DNA of 64,000 nucleotides from Catajapyx aquilonaris (GCA_000934665.2 KZ538289.1:1-64000), one strand, 5' to 3'. Positions 11,085-24,641 are shown, counted from the stretch's first letter. Notes: generated from the letters alone by a model not told the origin. A program made the numbers and translations.

Positions 11085-13263
11085 CAACCAATGGCTGACC
11101 CCCAACGGTTATTTTGGCCATGGGGAATAAGCGGTTTTGGCTATTCCGACCCTCTGCGACCAGACTGGAGACAAATGGGAGTCTAGGCGTCTTCTTTCTG
11201 GCCGCGTCCTCATTTTTTAGCCGTGGTTTGTCACGGCGGCATAACTTGACTGGAAAATTCCGCCCCTCTCCAACTGTTGTCCTCCTTTTCCTTCCTTCTT
11301 GTTCCATCCCCACATGCAAATCGGGCAAGTCGAGGCGTCTCCTGATGGAACTCGACTTCCTCCATGCCTTGCTTTCGCAGCAGCCCTTCTTTTCCTGAAA
11401 AGCCGGCGGGAGGGGGAAGGAGGAGATGGGAGGGGAGGGAGGAAATGTGGCGCTCCAAGGCTAATCGTCGTGCCAGACTTGTTTTCAAGATGAATTATGG
11501 ATGCCCAAGCTTCAAAAGCTCCCTTGGCCTTAGAGGCTAGCCTAATGATACTACTCAAAGGATATGGCAAAAAAGTGCTGCTAAAGGTCGCGGGAATTGC
11601 ATTTAGTGGGTGTGCTGATCTTTAACTACACCACTAGGGTGTAGTTAAGTTATGCCATCAAATTAGCAGATAATATGCACTGCGATGAAATTATTAAATG
11701 CTTTTAAAAACTCATAGACTTAATATAACTTGCTGAGCAAAGCTTAAAAATAAACCATTGTTGGGTCTGTGAGCTACACATACAGTTTTAATGAAATAAA
11801 CGGCCTTATCTAGCTAATAATGGTGAATTAATTTTGTAAATAACAGTTCGAATGAATAAAATACCTGTTAAGGTACATGTACGGCCAGTATATGAATTTA
11901 AAATACGTTGCAAGCGAAGTTTACATGCGAAACAAAATTGCATTCATTAATATATTTGGTTCAATTAAAATATGTATGAAATAATGCGAGCGCGTTTGTA
12001 ATTTATATAAAATTTGCCTACCAAGCGGTTATACTTTCTCTATTTGTCCTTTGATCATATAATAAATGAAGTTTTGCGGTTAGTGAGCCTTGTTTTGTTA
12101 AGCACTTATTAAAATGTACGAAATAAAGTGCGTCCCCATATTTTGATAATTAGCCCCAGCGCAGTATGTAATGAACATAATTTATTGGTTATATTATTCA
12201 TTACGAAAGCAATGCGGTCGCCATCATAGCGTATCATTTTCAGTTATAAACTACATTTTTTTTTAAAAAAAAGCATTGCTCAACATTTGGTTATATGACA
12301 AAAGTCAGGAGTGTTATCGCAAAATAATTTGAGTTTGTACCATTATTGATATTGGCAATCGACTTTTGGCGCGATGTTAGACGACTAAGCGATGCTGCCA
12401 TCTACCTGACATTTGGCGAAAAGGTCACTAATGAACACCCTGTGTATCGAGGGTTGCATATGCCAAATGAGAGCTATCCCTTAACTTTTTACCTCTAGTT
12501 TCGCCCCCATCCCTCCCCAGCCCTTTCCTCTCTCTCTCTTTTCGCCCCCCCCCCCNCCCCCCCCCCTCCTTTCCTCTGGGTTGTGGTCTTGGAGCGTGAC
12601 CGGAGGAACGAGCTGGGAAGCCGGCTAGCAAGCGCCCCAGCTTCCCCACCTCCCCTGTCTTGCAACTTTCCGAAGGTGGTGTAGGCCTAATTAGGCTCAT
12701 TTACTTGCCGTTTCGCAGGCAAAGACGTTGAAAGACAGCTGGTGCCTCCCCCTGATGAGCGAAGAATTCTTAATGAAAGGCGTTAGGGAAGCAAGGCAAG
12801 CGAGACGAGCAAAGGTGCCAGGCATTCCCCCCCTCCTTCCCTTACCCCCCCTTCTGGTATTTGGGAGGGGGGGGGGGAGTATCTGTCTCATCTGACACTC
12901 TTCCCCTTCTCCTTTTCATCTCTAGCTATTCCATCCCCCTTTCTGCCTCTTTCCCCTAGTCCCCAATGGCCCTAACCTGCACTTACGACTTCTATTTCAA
13001 CGTGTAACTTGTTTGCAATGTTGTCAACTGAACAGGATTCTGACTTCAAAATGAAGCTATTTTTTCTGTCTCCAAGGGATTATTGGTTGTGGTGATTGAT
13101 CTCTGTCGCAATTTTGGGGTCAAGTTGGTTTGACGAAACATGGCAATGTAATGAACCAATATAGGTGAGCCAGATCAATTTATAACCGTCTGCTAATCAT
13201 ATAAAATCATAGAGACTGTGCAAATAAAAATCACAGAAAATACTAATAAGGTAAATAATAATA

Positions 13264-13818
13264 CAGGTGACTCCGGATATAACAGACTTCAAGGGACCGC
13301 GAAAAAATTGGTATATAACCGAAGTCATTTATATAGAAAAATCGCCACTTTTGCAACGAATACACAAGTTTTCTGCTTTCCATACGCTTATTATTCACAC
13401 TACTAATTAAATTAATGATTAAGGAGGTTGTCCGGGCATTGCCTTTCAACCTAACACTACTGCATTTATTAATGAAACTACCCACAAAAAAGTGCAAAAT
13501 AGGCTCACCTGTAAATTAGGCAGCATACAAAATCTACCGTCTTCTTCTTGCCAAATATGCCAAAAAAGTATGATTTTAATTAACTTAGATCAGTGGCAGA
13601 TGCTAAAATCACCCCCTCCAGTGTTCTATGACTTCCTACTCGTGAGAAAGAATTTGAATAATCAAAAACAGCATATTTTCCACCGAGTGGCCAAGAAATT
13701 GTCTATTATAGCCGAGGTGGTGTAAAAATGAGTCTGTTATATCAGGAGTAAAAATAGACGCGGGACCGGCCTTACTAGTTTGTTATAATCGAAAGTCTGT
13801 TATATCCGAAGTCAACTG
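13264..13818. mobile_element. pogo/Tigger-like MITE, family C (long form)
   Basis: ta|caggtgactccggatataacagactt ... aagtctgttatatccgaagtcaactg|ta; internal ttagatcagtggcagatg block shared with the other long copies. Confidence 0.88.
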
Positions 13819-13989
13819 TAATAATCTAACACAGCGGAACACTCCAATGTCTGAGTTATCCATAAGAAAATATATATCCCGACATTGGTATTGGTCACAA
13901 TGTAGCCATCTTGGTCGGTCACAATGTAACCATCTCGGAATTGTCCTAGAAGTGACTTATACAGTCACAAAAATTCATTTTGGTATAAT

Positions 13990-14050
13990 CTGGTCCGGGA
14001 TTGGAACCCAGGACCTTCCGAATGATAGCCCAAGCCACCAGACTAGTCTC
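13990..14050 (-). mobile_element. Degenerate tRNA-SINE head fragment
   Basis: Minus strand tcggaaggtcctgggttccaatcccgg resembles the B-box region of family 1. Confidence 0.5.
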
Positions 14051-14616
14051 TTGCATAGAGATTAACAATTTTAAATCCAATCTCTCCCCACCCGCCCCTC
14101 CAGTTGCTTGCATAATAGAAGAGGAAATCTGCATGTTGACTCATTTACTGGTGTAATGATATGAATGTTAGATGCAGGTAGTGAGTGCTGGCGAAGGAGG
14201 CGCATTGGGACCTCCTCTGAGCAACAGGAGAGGGACTTGGCCCCAGCCAGCAGTGCGTGTATGCTGCCCAGAAGTCTTAGCTGGTGCCCTGCGAGCTGCT
14301 GAATAATATAGTAAGGGGAAATTTATTTAATAGCCTCGGTCACAGGGATCATGATTTGGCAAAGGAGGCAAGCTGAGGCGGACATGGAGCTGGGCTGGCC
14401 TCCGCAAATCCTCGGCCCCTCTACCTCCAAGGCAAATCCTGTTAAGGATCCAGGGCTTGCTTCCATCCCTATGCACTCGCTCTGTGATGCGGCTTTCCAC
14501 TTGCGACTTGGGACAGACAACCTTCATCCAGACCGCACTTTAGAACATACATTCCAACTGTGTTTTTGTCAAGTCCGGTCAGTGCAGGGCTCAAATACAC
14601 CCGGTTCGATTACAGG

Positions 14617-15510
14617 AGGTCGAATTTTCGTCCCACTGCTACTGCCAACACTGGTCCTGCTAACGGTCACTTTTGGCAGTTGCTTTAACGGTCATTTTTG
14701 GCACTTGCTCTAACGGTCCAGATGTAACTTCTAAACGGCAATTTTCCAGAAAACTTCGCCTGAGTTTGTGACCTGGGGCTGGGGTCGAATTTTCGTCCCA
14801 CTGCTAGTTACTGCTAAGTAAGCAACACCACTACCAACACTGCTACTGCTAAGTTAGTACAGCTGAATCCAGATATAACAGACTACAAGGGACCGAGGAA
14901 ATCAGTCTGTTATAGCCAAATGGCCAGTTTTTCTGCGAATATACAAAAAGTTTTCTGACCTTCCACGTGCCTATAATGCATACTACTGCATACTGATTAT
15001 TAGTAGCCTATTATTCGGAAATTCGAAATCAGCACAAGAAAAACTCCTGCCGTCTCCTGCCAAATTAATATATTTGTACAAAAAAGAGAACTATTTTGAC
15101 ATTTTCGGCAAGTGTTAGATCAGTGACAGATGGGAAAATTATCCCTGTTCCAGTATCTAGTACGCTTTCCTCTCGTGGGAAAGGAAGCTCAACAATCAAG
15201 GGCCAAAAAATGGTATGTTATAGTCGATGAGAGGTTAAATGAGTCTGTTATATCAGGAGTAAAAATACACAGGGCCTTATGGAAGTTTGTTGGGATCGAC
15301 CTTTCGAGTCTGTTGTAACCGAAAGTCTAGGGCTCTAGGCTGTTATAAACGGATTCAACTACTGTAGTACCACTGCCAATACTGGTACTAGCAGTAACTA
15401 GCAGTGGAACGAAAATTCGAGTCCAGGTCACAAGCTCAGCCAAAGTTTTCTGGAAAATATCAGTTTAGCCGTTACAGAACCGTTAAAGTAACGGCCAAAA
15501 ATGACCGTTA
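14617..15510. mobile_element. Fold-back element hosting a family C MITE
   Basis: Left arm 14686-14817 (taacggtcatttttggc...ttttccagaaaact...tcgaattttcgtcccactgctagttactgcta) is the reverse complement of 15389-15510; partial duplicate of the arm at 14617-14677. Confidence 0.7.
14860..15364. mobile_element. pogo/Tigger-like MITE, family C
   Basis: ta|cagctgaatccagatataacagact ... tgttataaacggattcaactactg|ta. Confidence 0.85.
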
Positions 15511-16544
15511 CAACATGAAAATTGAAGCGAATTTTAGAAATGGCCATCTTTATGTTGAGAGATCTAGACGAAACATCGTAGAGTCAGCCTCCAAGCTCTC
15601 AAAGAAATCCAAGTTTTTCCCCCCACTTTTTATACAAATGAAGTAGGAGATTGGTAGGGTGTGTGGACCTGAAATCATATTCCTTGGCTCACGAAATAGG
15701 ATGTTGTGTGTGCGTTAAATGAGGAGGAAGCTGGAGCGGTGAGAATCTTCCGTATTCGCCTCCCCTTTTCCTCCCTCCCTCTCTCCCTCCCTCCTCCTCC
15801 TCCTCTCGCCTCTCCCTTCCTCCCCTTTTCCGCCCCCTTTTCCGCCCCCCCCTTCCAAGCCCCAGACACCCATTGGAAGGGGGAAATTCGCCCCACACTC
15901 GGGGCCGGGGGTAAATAAGGACACAAGTGTCGCATATATTTCACAAATTGCGTTGGCTGGCCCGATAATGGCGGACCCGTAATTTGAACAAATGACGGCG
16001 TGTGTAAGCCCAAATTAGATTCTATTCCAATAAGACCCAGCCCGGCACCCGTGGCTAGAAACTTGTAATTCAATAACTACCCTCATTTCCAGTAGTTGGT
16101 AGGGTGTGTATCTTCTGGTATCGATCTCGATATATATATACACCACGTGGGCTTTTGGAAGGAGGATGCTTTGGGGGAAGTAAAGGCACCGCCTACGTTT
16201 CTCCAACCCCCCCCCCCCTTTATTAAGCCTTACTTTCTGATGCTGCCGCCCTTGCCTGCCTTTATCTCCAGGAGACTTCCGAGGATGCTGTTTGACGTCA
16301 CTAGATTTTTATTAATATCGAGATCATGCCCAGTCAGGGGGGCCGTCCATATAAAGTCACATTGAATTTCTTACCTGCCAACAATTGGGACAGAATCTTT
16401 TGTGTGCCAAAAATGGGTTTGGACAAATCGGAATTCATCTGAAGTTTAATCTAAACCTATTTTAATGGCGTACTTAAATTAAAGTTAAAATTGAAAATAA
16501 TTATTTCACAAACTTATATCTACACTCTACAGTATAATCCCTGG

Positions 16545-16798
16545 TATAATATTAAAATCGCATTCAAGTTGTTTGGTTATGCCTTCTGATTTGTCCGCCG
16601 CACATTGTTACCGCGACGCTTCCGATTGGTCCGTGTTTTACGCATGCTCAATGGAGTCTAGGCAGCGCCCGAGGCAGCGCCTCTGGTACCCACCAGTATA
16701 GGGAGTATATGAAGTATAGGGAGGGGGAACTATCCATATACACGTAAAAGTTATAGTAAAGAGCACACTATCTCAGGTAGTTTAAACAAATCATTAAA
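16545..16798 (+). repeat. Dispersed repeat family E, copy 1
   Basis: tataatattaaaatcg...tgttaccgcgacgcttccgattgg...aggcagcgcctctggt...caggtagttt. Colinear with 17267-17482 and with the minus strand of 60860-61143. Confidence 0.8.
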
Positions 16799-16856
16799 GT
16801 TATAATCTAAAACCGTCACTAAACCACTTCTAACGGTACACTTAAATAGTAGGGCC

Positions 16857-16924
<68 letters not shown>

Positions 16925-16950
16925 TTAATAATAATAATAATAATAATAAT
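16857..16950. repeat. Compound microsatellite (TAG)n(TAA)n
   Basis: Direct reading. Confidence 0.95.
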
Positions 16951-16984
16951 CCTTTCACGTAGTAACTTACATTATAATATTAAA

Positions 16985-17264
16985 CCGAAGCAGGTTGGCA
17001 TAGTGGATAAGGCGTCCGACTGCTAATCGGGAGGTCCTGGGTTCGAATCCCGGGGCCGGCAGCTCTGACCGTGGTTTTCTGTGGTTTTCCACGGTCCTTC
17101 CAGGAAAATTCTGGAGTTGCTTCCGTAAATAATAGGCCACAGCCGCTTCCTTCCGTCCCTATCCTATCCCAAAAAGCGCAGTAAAAATGAAAGCAAAGAG
17201 TTCCAGTCAAAACAAAAAAACTTCCCCCCTAAAGAGCCGATAGGCTGATAACGGGGTATGAATT
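16985..17264 (+). mobile_element. tRNA-derived SINE, family 1, full length
   Basis: A box tggcatagtgg, ggataaggcgtccgactgctaatcggg, B box ggttcgaatccc; conserved body; tail agagccgataggctgataacggggtatg. Perfect 14-bp TSD attataatattaaa (16971-16984 / 17265-17278). Confidence 0.93.
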
Positions 17265-17266
17265 AT

Positions 17267-17482
17267 TATAATATTAAAATCGTATTCATGTGGTATGGTT
17301 ATCCCTTCTGATAGGTCCGCTCCGTACTGTTACCGCGACGCTTCCGATTGGCCCTCGTTCTACGCATGCGCAATGGGGTGAAGGCTGCGCCTCTGGTGGA
17401 TAGGAGGGGGAGCTATCAGTAAAACATAAAAGTGATAGTAAAAAAGCACGCTCTATAACAGGTAGTTTGAATGAAGCATTAA
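17267..17482 (+). repeat. Dispersed repeat family E, copy 2 (SINE inserted at its 5' end)
   Basis: Colinear with 16545-16798. Confidence 0.8.
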
Positions 17483-18066
17483 AAATAAAATTACCACAAT
17501 CTAGCGACAGATCACGTCACTAACGTACTATTGTGACGTACGTGACATGTGACCTTTAATAAGTTGACCTCCGATTGGCGCGGTGGATGTTGTTTTCTCC
17601 TTGCAAGATTGATGGGGACTTAATGAGCTCGATGATATATTGAACCGAAAAGCAATAGCCGGGGGGGCTAGAGTGCGGTTTAATGTTTATTCTGTTTCAT
17701 TGCCATTCTGAGGACGGCAGCCTGCACCCATGGCGATAGTCTATTTTCGCCATAATGTGGACCACTTGCGCTCAACCGAAGTGGCCCACTGCACCGAATC
17801 GAAATTGGTCTCGACTGCAAAAATTAAACTATTAAAGTGTCAACTTCGGGTGCTCGCAGGAGAGTTATGTTCCTCATGAGGCACATTGTTGAGCTACTCT
17901 GACGCTTTAAGATTCGTCCTTCTCTCGCCTTCCCCTCTCCCACCTTCCCCCTCCCCTTCCTTCTCGCCATTCCTTCCAACGCTTACGCCATACGAATCAA
18001 ACTAGGATTGCGTGTGTGCGGGAGGAATTTTTTCCCGCTTCCTGATTGGCTTATTTAACACTTGAT

Positions 18067-18363
18067 ATTCAGAATACTGCAATATTTGGATGATATCAAA
18101 ATATTTTAAAGCTTAAATTTTTATTATTTTAAAAAATATTGAACAATGGGATAATTTGAAGCTTTAAGATATTTTGATATCATCCAAATACCTCTGAGTA
18201 TTCTGAATTTCAGGTATCAACAGTTGGTATCTGAAATTCAGGAATACAGGTGAAATTTTAGGTACCAGTTACTGGTACCTGAAATTCAGAATACTCAGAG
18301 ATATTTGGATGATATCAAAATATTTTGAAGCTTGAATTTCTTTATTATTAAAAAAAATTGAAC
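18067..18363. repeat. Direct-inverted-direct triplication of a ~75-bp unit
   Basis: ttcagaatact...atatttggatgatatcaaaatatttt..aagctt occurs forward (18067-18143), inverted (18154-18217) and forward (18276-18363). Confidence 0.8.
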
Positions 18364-21300
18364 CAGAACATCAAGATTAGTATTTCGCAAATCCGACTCA
18401 GCGTTCTTCATTATTTTCAGCAGTAAATAAATTGGACCAAAAAAGTGATTAGTATCCTCCAGCTTACCACTTTTTGTACGGCGTGTCTGGCGCCCAAAAA
18501 TGATCTTTCGCCATGGTTGTTAGCAAGAATTTCTTCCATGTTTGCACCCCCATCGACTACGGAAGCGATTGGACTAATCACCCTTTGAATCAGCCAGTGT
18601 TTGAAAGTTCCATAAAGATAATCGGAAGCTCCCAATTTATTGGACCCGCGGTTCCTTTTTCATATGCCTATAGAAAATAATCAAACTACTAACGACACCA
18701 GTTAGCAACTTCTTGGATTTATAAAGAATGATGGGAGTGTTTGTCTTCGAATGCCAAAACGCAATAAGAAGGTCTTCTTGGGACGGATTTAGGTTTGGCA
18801 ACAGGGAGTGGTAGATATGGAGAGAGGAGGGGGGGTTGTTGGAGGGTGGGCTAATCCCCAGTGGGGCAGCCCGGGGCCTGTGTACCCAGAGCCGAGGCTC
18901 AAAGCCCCGTCCGGTGCGCGGCAACATTAATTTCAGCATGATGATGTTTGCTGTGGAGCTGGTGGAAGCGGGCGTGCCCTCTGCAGCCATATGCAGCCCT
19001 CTGCGCTGTTTGGACTCGCCACAGGCCACGAACAACTCACTTTCTCTACCTGCCTTTCCACTATGTTCTCTCCTGTGTCTTGATGGAAGTCGAGCATTAT
19101 ATTGTTAAAAATTGCAATTGTCGACCACCAGCAAGAAGCAAGAAGTTTCCAGCTCACGTTGAGTAAAAAGGTCTCTTTACATGCACGGCACATCCTGAAG
19201 TGGAGGAAACAATATCACCACTTTGGGGCCGGATTCCTACATAGACAATTGGCACACTTGATTCCTCTCTGCGCAATATTGCAAACCTCATTTGCATTTA
19301 TACAGTCTAAGGTTCGTGTTATAGCCTCAAGTGGAATTTGCAGTGTGTAATCTGAGGGGGGCATTTTTTAGAGGCACTGGATACTGCGCAAAAGCAAAGG
19401 GTGCTATTTTAGTAGTGGAGGTTGAAAGAGTTAAAAATTGAAATTCATTGGTACGGTTATTGCAAACTTTGGCACTGTTTATAACTTAAAACAATCTGAG
19501 TCTAGTGAATATTTTACATGCTGACCACCAAAACCAGCTCACTGGTCATACAACAGTCCAAACGCCATTCATTGAACTCGTTTAAATTTTTTATAAAAAT
19601 TTTAATGCAGGTCGCTTAACTTAGAATAATCCACTGGATTATTCGGGATTAAAGGTAACCAGTATTGCATAATTCACTGAAATTCGAATTGCGTGATATA
19701 ATTCGATTCGATTCCAGCAACCGATAAAAAATAATATATGACGTGCGTGATTCCGAACCATTTCAAAGAACAGAATTAGAAAAATATTCATCACACCCAG
19801 ATATCGACAATATTGTCTCATGTGACTTAAATTTGCTGGATTTAGCTGGATTTAGCTGGATCTATAGAATATTTGTTTAAAAAAATATTATGCGATGACT
19901 TGAATGTTTCGCACTATTGTAAGCTACACTTGCATACATTGTTTCTACATGAATTCCGTAAACACACGCGGGCCATTCCAACTTGCAATCTTGCCCACAA
20001 CTGGAGACTGACCCTGCCTTGATTGATAGTAAATGGTGGAGGGCAATAGGAGAGGCTCCTGGACACCTCTAATTAGGTTAAGGTGGCGTGATGGAGGTGA
20101 TGAGGTTGGAGGACAAGCGATGAGACCATCTCTGTGTTTGTCAGCCCCCCCATACCCTCCTTCTTCTTCTCAACACCCCCTCTCCCATCCTCGGACAGCG
20201 CTTTGTGATGGATGAAGTCATCTGCAGATTGGATAGGGGACTTGCCTTGCAAGGAAGGAAGCGAAGGATACCGCTACAAATTCACTTCTGTTATCCCACT
20301 TGTTTTTATTCTGGACTTTTTGCCACATTATATATAAATTTTTTGGCGACCTTACCACGTAAGCGGAAGGACCTTATTGATCGAGATGGTGTTTTTGTGC
20401 TAATATTTCTTTGGGGACATGGTATGCTGGATATCGCCATTGTTTAGGTGACAATTCGAAAAAATTAAAAGATATGATAAATATAATATTAATATCACTA
20501 CAATAAGGATTAATTTTTAAACAATGTGCTATCATTTTAACCAGTAATATTTTGTCAAATTACACATTGGCGGTTTCCTATGCATGTGATGTTATAAGAC
20601 TCGAATCTTCCTCCAAAATGCGAACATGGAGCATGTAACAAATGAGGCCTTTCCTTCCGAAAACAGACACTCTAGAACTCAGTTTTTCATAAGAAAAGGG
20701 TCTCACTTTGTCATCTACCAGTGTCCAGTCTCTCTCCCCGCCTCCACCCACCCCTTCTGCCAACACCCCTCCCTCTACACCCCCAGCTTTTCTGGAAGGG
20801 ACCGGAACGACATTGATATATTCCTACCTTGGATCCATTTCTCTCGGCTCTCACTGCCATGACTGCATGCCAACGGAACGCTGGACATTTCAATCGGACT
20901 TTGGTGCCAGATGAAGGTTATATTAGATTTTGGCTGGTCTCACACCAAAGGATATTTGCAATTACAGACAGGGGGCTCTGCATGCGTCTTATATGCGCAG
21001 GATGATTGAACTGGTAGCCTTATTCTTTTAACGTGTGCTTATATGCCATATTTTGAATTAAAGTGTGGAGTTGGACAAATGCGGTGTGGAGCAATATTCT
21101 GCAGAGGCGACTCTTCCTTGCTTAGGACGCCTGGGCCATTGGGTCACACTGTCCATTTAGAAAATTAGCCTTTGCAGTTCCAGCTCCGTTTCTCCCACCA
21201 ACTCTCCTTATATGCGCACATCTACTGCAGACAGCGCCTTAATTTATAAAGTGTACTTAGGGCACTGTTCACATTAGCACTTGAATTCGGCCCCTTTTCA

Positions 21301-22585
21301 ACAGATGTGCTGTGTGGTATATTTAAGTGTCGGTAGTGGTTTGCAACTCTTTGACCCCTAAGCCACATGCTGCACGGTAATTAAATATAGTTGTAAAAAT
21401 TCTGATAACGAATAGGACTGGCGGCATCAAATTATTATTTTACACGTACAATGATAATAACAACTATTAGACAATCTAAAATAGCTGTTCCAAAAAGAGG
21501 GAGTCGTTCATAATATATTTTTAAAATCCAAATCGCAAGTCCATGACTGATTACAATTAAAAGCACTCTGCATAAAGTGTGGAGAAAAAACCATGTTAGT
21601 AACCTAAAAGGGCAAGGCTTTTGCCTAGTTACTAACATATTCTGACCGCTACTACAGTCTTATGCTCGTAGTGTTGAAGTCTCACTTCCAGCCTACAGTG
21701 CTCCTGGCCATACGGAATTGCCAAGTACACTCACTTGTCAAGTTGCCACTTTCAGTTCTAAGCGCATGGCTTACCTCACTGGCCAGGGTAATGAACATTT
21801 TATTTCATCTAAAAAAAATCCTCTGATTCATTGCATGCAGTCAACTCGGCTCTTTGCTTAAAAATGGCCCAACAAATTGGAATAATTCCGGGGAGTAATT
21901 TGAACTAATTAGTTAGTGACGGAGTAAGTACGCCGGGGGTGATTTTTTGTTAGCGGTTGCAAATAGTATAGTAAACGCTTTCAGCGACTAACTAAATAGG
22001 CTCACAATTTTGCACCATTATATTTCAGTTAAATCAGCTTGCGATATATTGATATCACATAGCCCCGATGTCAAGTTTCTCATCGGAAGAGCCAGGCGCC
22101 ATGCGCAAGATTAAAATCAGAAAATAATACTGGGGGTGACCAAACCTGACCTTATGCGAGGGCAACCGGAGCACAAAAGGTGCCCCAACTGATGTGGACG
22201 TATACAGTACAGGGCATCTGAGATAAGAGAATCTGCCACGGTGTTATCTGGGCTTGTCCTCCCAGAGGGACCAAGGAGCCGTCTCCCATCTATTTCCATC
22301 CATCATGCCCACTGACACGCATTCGTCCCTTGTTCCCATTGTCACCCAGCGTGGGACCAAGTGGTGAAAGAGGAGGGCACCTTTTGCCATTTCGGGTTGG
22401 GCAGCAATGCCCTATACCCACGTGCCCGAAAAGATTGTTGCGGTGATAATGTTTCTCTCCGCTTTTACCAAAACAGAAAAAAATCCCGGGAGATTGATTG
22501 TGTAACTGATTTGTAAGCCAAAGGTCACGCCTGATGAAATAGGGAATATCCTGGCTGTTAGGCCATCCCCAGCAGGCTTTTCTAG

Positions 22586-22795
22586 CCTGTAAGTCAGGCT
22601 TTCTGCATTGCATGAAGGGCTGGTTACCCTGAACAGTCAGGGTATACTAATATTGCCCCTGTCAGTCAGGCTTCCCGAACTACAAGAGTGGCTGAAGGGT
22701 TGCCCTGCTGAGTCAGGATATCATAAACTTTATCCCTGTAAGTCAGACTTTCCGCACTACATAAGAGGCTGAAGGTTACCCTGAACAGTCAGGAT
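22586..22795. repeat. Degenerate tandem repeat, ~72-76 bp x3
   Basis: cctgtaagtcaggctt...ggttaccctgaacagtcagg recurs three times. Confidence 0.7.
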
Positions 22796-23799
22796 GTAAC
22801 ATATGAAACTACCTGCGAAATAATTATGTTGATTGCTTAATTTCACGATCGTCATTACCAACACGGATAGAATCCCAGAGAATTTCTCCTAGAGTCTGAG
22901 ACTAGCCATCATCAGCCAGCAAATTAATTCCTGGTAGATGGAACTACATCTTTGAGCATCCGCACGTGGACCCTTGCATTTGGACCCCTGCTTTCTGTTG
23001 AGCTCCCCCTACCCCTCCCTTTTGGCCCCTACCCTATCACATCGCATCGCAGCTTCATTACCTCTTGAGTTATCCGAGTTGCTTTATTTGCTCCGAGTCT
23101 GGGCCGGGGTTAGCCTGCTGCTCCCTGTTATGATAATTAGCCTCTGGCCTCTCTCTCTCTCTCTCTCCCTCCCTCTGTAGACTCCTCTCTCTCAGAGCTG
23201 CAGTAGGCCTCTCCCCCACTCTCCCCAGCAACCCCCACTACCAACTAAACTTTCTCGCATATAGTCCAGCCAGAGTGCACATGCTGCACGGAGAATAAAT
23301 AGGGTCTCTTTGCGTTGCCCAGGGAATTCTCATTTTCATTGTGCAGGGTTCGCGGTCATACTTGCTCCTCCTGTACCCCAAGCAGCAGGGGAGAGGCGGG
23401 GGGGAAAAGGAAAAGAGGAGGTTGGGGATGGGGGAGGGCTCTTATAGTCCCGCAGGAGGAAGTCCGGCATTTCTGTAATCGCTTATCTGCTGAAAAGGGC
23501 TAATCTCAGCTGGATTATATTTTACGGGCGGAAAGTTGGGGACTTTTCCGCCTTCATTTTAGGTGGGGAGGAACATGCAAAACATGCGCTTGGGAGTGTT
23601 GGCGTTGCCGGCTCTAAATCCTGCAACTGCAGTTTCTGAAGTCGGCTTGGGGAATATATTGGGGATGGTCTTTCGAGAAACAACGACTAGCATGTTTGTG
23701 AATTTTAATTACTCTGAATAATTTCTTGGATTGCCACGCATTTGAAACATGCGAACATTTCTGTAGTGGCTGATTATAAGGAGCTAATCGAAAGTATTC

Positions 23800-24088
23800 A
23801 GATGACCACATTCATTTGATCGAAGTTGCCTCCAGATGACCACTTCTTGATCGAAAGTTGCCTCCAGATGATCGCCTCCACTTGGTCGAAAGCTGCCTCC
23901 AGATGACCACCTTTAGTTGATCGAAGTTGCCTCCAGATGACCACCTTCAGTTGATCGAAGTTGCCTCCAGATGACCACCTTTAGTTGATCGAAGTTGCCT
24001 CCAGATGACCACCTTCAGTTGATCGAAAGTTGCCTCCAGATGACCACCTTCACTTGCTCGACATATTCCTCCGTATGACCTTCTTCAC
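23800..24088. repeat. 34-bp minisatellite, ~8 copies
   Basis: agttgcctccagatgaccaccttcagttgatcga; units start at 23925, 23959 and 23993. Confidence 0.92.
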
Positions 24089-24636
24089 TATCGTATAATA
24101 ATTCAAAACAGTAGCTCCTCAACTGTTCTCAACCTTTCACTCCCCTTAATGTTGCTGTACACCAATTACGTACATCAACTTCAACGCTCATTACCCAGCT
24201 CATATTACTTCCTCTAAAAACTTTCTCTCTGCTCGTTCAACTACTCCTCTGTGCAGAAAAGGTGGAAGCCAAAGCACATCTTTTGATGATTCCGTTGTGC
24301 AAACGTATCACCCAGAAAGGTAGCTAGACTGAAGCGCTTTTAATTACCCCCTGATAATCATAACCTGTGAGTAATAGGCAAGGCAGCGCACTTCGCCGCG
24401 ACTGAAAGGGTAGACTGCTACAGGGTACACACCCACACACACCCACGGAGCAAAAAACACATATCCTCCGACTGCTTCTTCCTTATCGCGAGGTCAAGCA
24501 AAAAGGCTTTGGAGTTTGCGGCAATCAAAAGGGACGAGTCGGTGCGTTTCCCTGCAGATTCCAGCCTTGCGTATAATGAAAGCTACTCTTTGTGCTACAC
24601 TGCGGAAGGAAAAGGGAGAGAAAGAGAGGGGAGAGA

Positions 24637-24641
<5 letters not shown>

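Noticed and set aside
12752..12790. CTGATGA...GAAA hammerhead-like core (also ctgaggacgaaa at 58311)
   Set aside because: Stems II and III cannot be formed convincingly.
16985..17060. tRNA-like sequences (also 2470-2543, 26460-26535, 54810-54875, 56588-56655)
   Set aside because: They are SINE heads: no proper acceptor stem, and the full copies are followed by a SINE body and tail and flanked by TSDs.
23800..24088. Regular repeats as a possible CRISPR array (also 60905-61075, 63920-64000)
   Set aside because: Head-to-tail units without unique spacers, no cas genes, eukaryotic context.
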